Below, one piece after another: positions 60,997-64,000 of a DNA stretch of 64,000 nt. The notes under the pieces were generated by a model. That model did no database searches. It had not been told where the DNA came from and saw nothing but the letters and a program-made list of their open reading frames with translations. The translations under genes and the position numbers were made by a program. Location: the NCBI GenBank assembly GCA_951406725.2, contig OX597833.1, forward strand, positions 50,840,001 through 50,904,000, in the 5' to 3' direction. How positions within the stretch are numbered: the stretch's first letter is position 1; the number at the start of each line of letters is the position of its first letter. This DNA is from Octopus vulgaris. Lineage: Eukaryota.

Positions 60997-61788
60997 GAGA
61001 AAATGGATAAGACAACTGGAGTAGTGTTGCTGTTAAAAACCCATAGAATCTATACCACAACAGAATTTGTTTTGTTAAAACGCTTGCCACTCTACATGGG
61101 AAGTTCTCGCCCTAGTTACGGACTTAAGGTAATTTATTCGCTGTGTCTCCTCCCTGCCTCTTCTACCACTACAAACACGGCATCTGCTCTTCTGGACTTC
61201 AATGCTTCGTAAGCGTACTCGATGAAGTTCTTTCCCCAGGTTTTCTTCTTTTCTTTCTGAATGTTACTCCTAACCATCACTAAACGAAGACACTGCTTGA
61301 TCGCCGTTCCAAAATTGCAGCAACGTTGCCCATTAGACCGCTTCGGTTCCAAACTGAATGTCAAATGTATCGGCTCGAACTATCAAAGAGTTTCATTCAC
61401 TGACTGATGCAAAGACATCAAAAACTAAAAACAAAGAACAAAAAAAATGCTTGATAATCGTATTATGTCATTTAACAGAAATATCATATATCACATAGGA
61501 ATAAGAGCAATCTATCTTTAGTAAGAATTGTTAGATTACTGTTCGAATGAAACAGAGCAAGAGACAAAGAGAAATAGTTAGAGGTAAGGTGAGAAAGAAA
61601 GAATGAAAGAATGAGAGAAAGAGAAAGAGAGAGAGAAAGAGAGAAAGCAAGTAATGTCTTTGTGTCCATTTATGATTTTATGTTTACATGTCTTGTTTTT
61701 GTCAGTCTATATATCTTTCCGTTTCTGACGACTGTCCGCGCCATTGCTTCCATTTATGGTTTGTTTGTCTGCTAACTCTGTTCCCATA

Positions 61789-61829
<41 letters not shown>

Positions 61830-62146
61830 TTCTCTATTTATTTCTCTCGCTCCCTCGCTTTCTCCTCTCATTCATCTATCTATCTCCCTCACTTTCTATC
61901 ATTCTTCTTCTCTCTCTCTCCCTCTTTCTCTGTCCGTCTGTTTCTTTTTAATGCATACGTCAGACTCTCTGACGTGCTGTCTTTCTGTGTCTGTCACCGC
62001 ATCTCTCGTCTCCATTTTTATTACCTTTCACTTCAATCTACCCCCTTCACTATTTCTGTCTGTCTAATCTACTACTTATATTCCCTTCATGTAACTGATT
62101 TCTATCAGCCAGCCAGTCTGTCTGTCTGTATCTCTCTCATCTCTCA

Positions 62147-62206
<60 letters not shown>

Positions 62207-62399
62207 GCTTCCTCTCTTTTTCTTGTCTTACAATATCGTTTCACGATTTTCTCTCGAGCCGAGTCTCTTTTCTTACTATTTACTTTGTCCGACCATCTTA
62301 AAGTATCCTTCAGACTTGAATTTTATTCCAGCATTTCAACCAGTCAATCCCTTTCTCTTCACATACATCAAACATCATATATATATATATATATATATA

Positions 62400-62450
62400 A
62401 GCTTCCTGAAGATTTCTCTTGAATGAAACAGTACTAGTCCTGTAGAAGCT
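62400..62450 (+). ncRNA. Compact type I hammerhead-like motif at the start of a (TA)n-flanked insert (62400-62537)
   Basis: Stem I AGCTTC/GAAGCT (6 bp), CTGAAGA (62406-62412), stem II TTC-TCTT-GAA with a T.T closing pair, GAAA (62425-62428), stem III CAG/CTG with loop TACTAGTC, GTA triplet (62442-62444). Confidence 0.75.
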
Positions 62451-63168
62451 CCTTCTATATAATAAATTAATTTTACTCTGCTATGTATTGAGTACCTTAC
62501 TTACTGTGGTTAACCCCGAATCAACCCGGGAACTACATATATATATATATATATATCTTTCTTTCTTTCACCATTTCTACACCTCCCTCTTCTGTCTCCT
62601 ATCAATTTTTTTTATCTCCTTTCTTTTTCCCCTCCCAATCTATCATCACAAATCTCTCCTTCCTCTATTTTATCTTTACCACTATCTCCATCTCAATATA
62701 ACATTTTCTCCTTATTTTCTTCTCACCCATTTCGCCATTATCTCATACCTGTCTATCTGTCTCTACGACACTCGACTCGCATCTCCACCACACATCTACA
62801 AACGCAATACATATCTAACAACATAGGTATATGACAGTCACTCAGCAACCATCAGAAAATGCCACAAAACCCTTTAGGGAAAACTGATATATAAAATATA
62901 TTTTATTTACTTCGCGTATAAATGAGAAAGCAAAAATGCACCGCCATAAAACCTCCTACATGATAAGTCAGGGTATCAAGTCTCACGTTCAAAAGAAAAC
63001 TAAGTTAATCCAGGACGTGTTATCTATGGAATCAACGAAAGGTTTTTTCCTATTTCGGGTCCCCATTTTGTAGCATTCTTTGGTTATATCACACAAACAC
63101 ACATTGACGGCTATGCGTCTATATATATATATATATATATATATACACTGTACATCATCTCTAAACCT

Positions 63169-63675
<507 letters not shown>

Positions 63676-63878
63676 TCAAATTTAGGGAAAACAAAAGAAT
63701 AAGGCAGGTGCAGGAATAGGTAGGTGCGTTAGTTTGACGCTCGGGAAGAATGGAAAAGTCTTTTACGCTTCGAGCCTCTGCTCTTCGACAGAAAGGCTTA
63801 AGAGGATATAAAGGAAAGTGAATGAAAAAATTAAAGAAAGGGTTGTATTTGTAGAACTTCAGTCTATAAATTAATCAC

Positions 63879-64000
63879 AGGCGCGGGAGTGGCTGTGTGG
63901 TAAGTAGCTTGCTAAACAACCTCATGGTTCCGGGTTCAGTCTCACTGCGTGGCATCTTGGGCAACTGTCTTCTGCTATAGCCCTGGGCCAACCAATGCTT
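63879..64000 (+). mobile_element. SINE family B head, cut by the window end
   Basis: GGCGCGGGAGTGGCTGTGTGGTAAGTAGC..GGGTTCAGTCTCACTGCGTGGCATCTTGGGCAA. Confidence 0.88.

Overview
AT-rich, extremely microsatellite-dense eukaryotic non-coding DNA (intronic or intergenic). The SINE types and the (TA)n/(TATG)n/(TAA)n load suggest an octopus or other coleoid cephalopod; this is inference. No intact protein-coding gene is supported, and almost all listed ORFs are microsatellite translations. Recognisable content: three tRNA-type SINE families (here A, B, C), a (TAA)n-flanked repeat (D), Tc1/mariner, maT-like and Chapaev3-like transposon relics, and RTE and R4/Dong LINE 3' ends. Two patterns stand out. 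(1) Several short non-coding inserts sit inside (TA)n tracts. Some are fold-back palindromes with an unpaired tail (up to 1.55 kb), and several carry type I hammerhead-ribozyme cores with palindromic stem III and often a very long stem II. This is consistent with microsatellite-targeting Penelope-like or retrozyme-like elements. (2) SINE A appears to insert into itself at one fixed internal site, building single-headed arrays of about 184-bp units.
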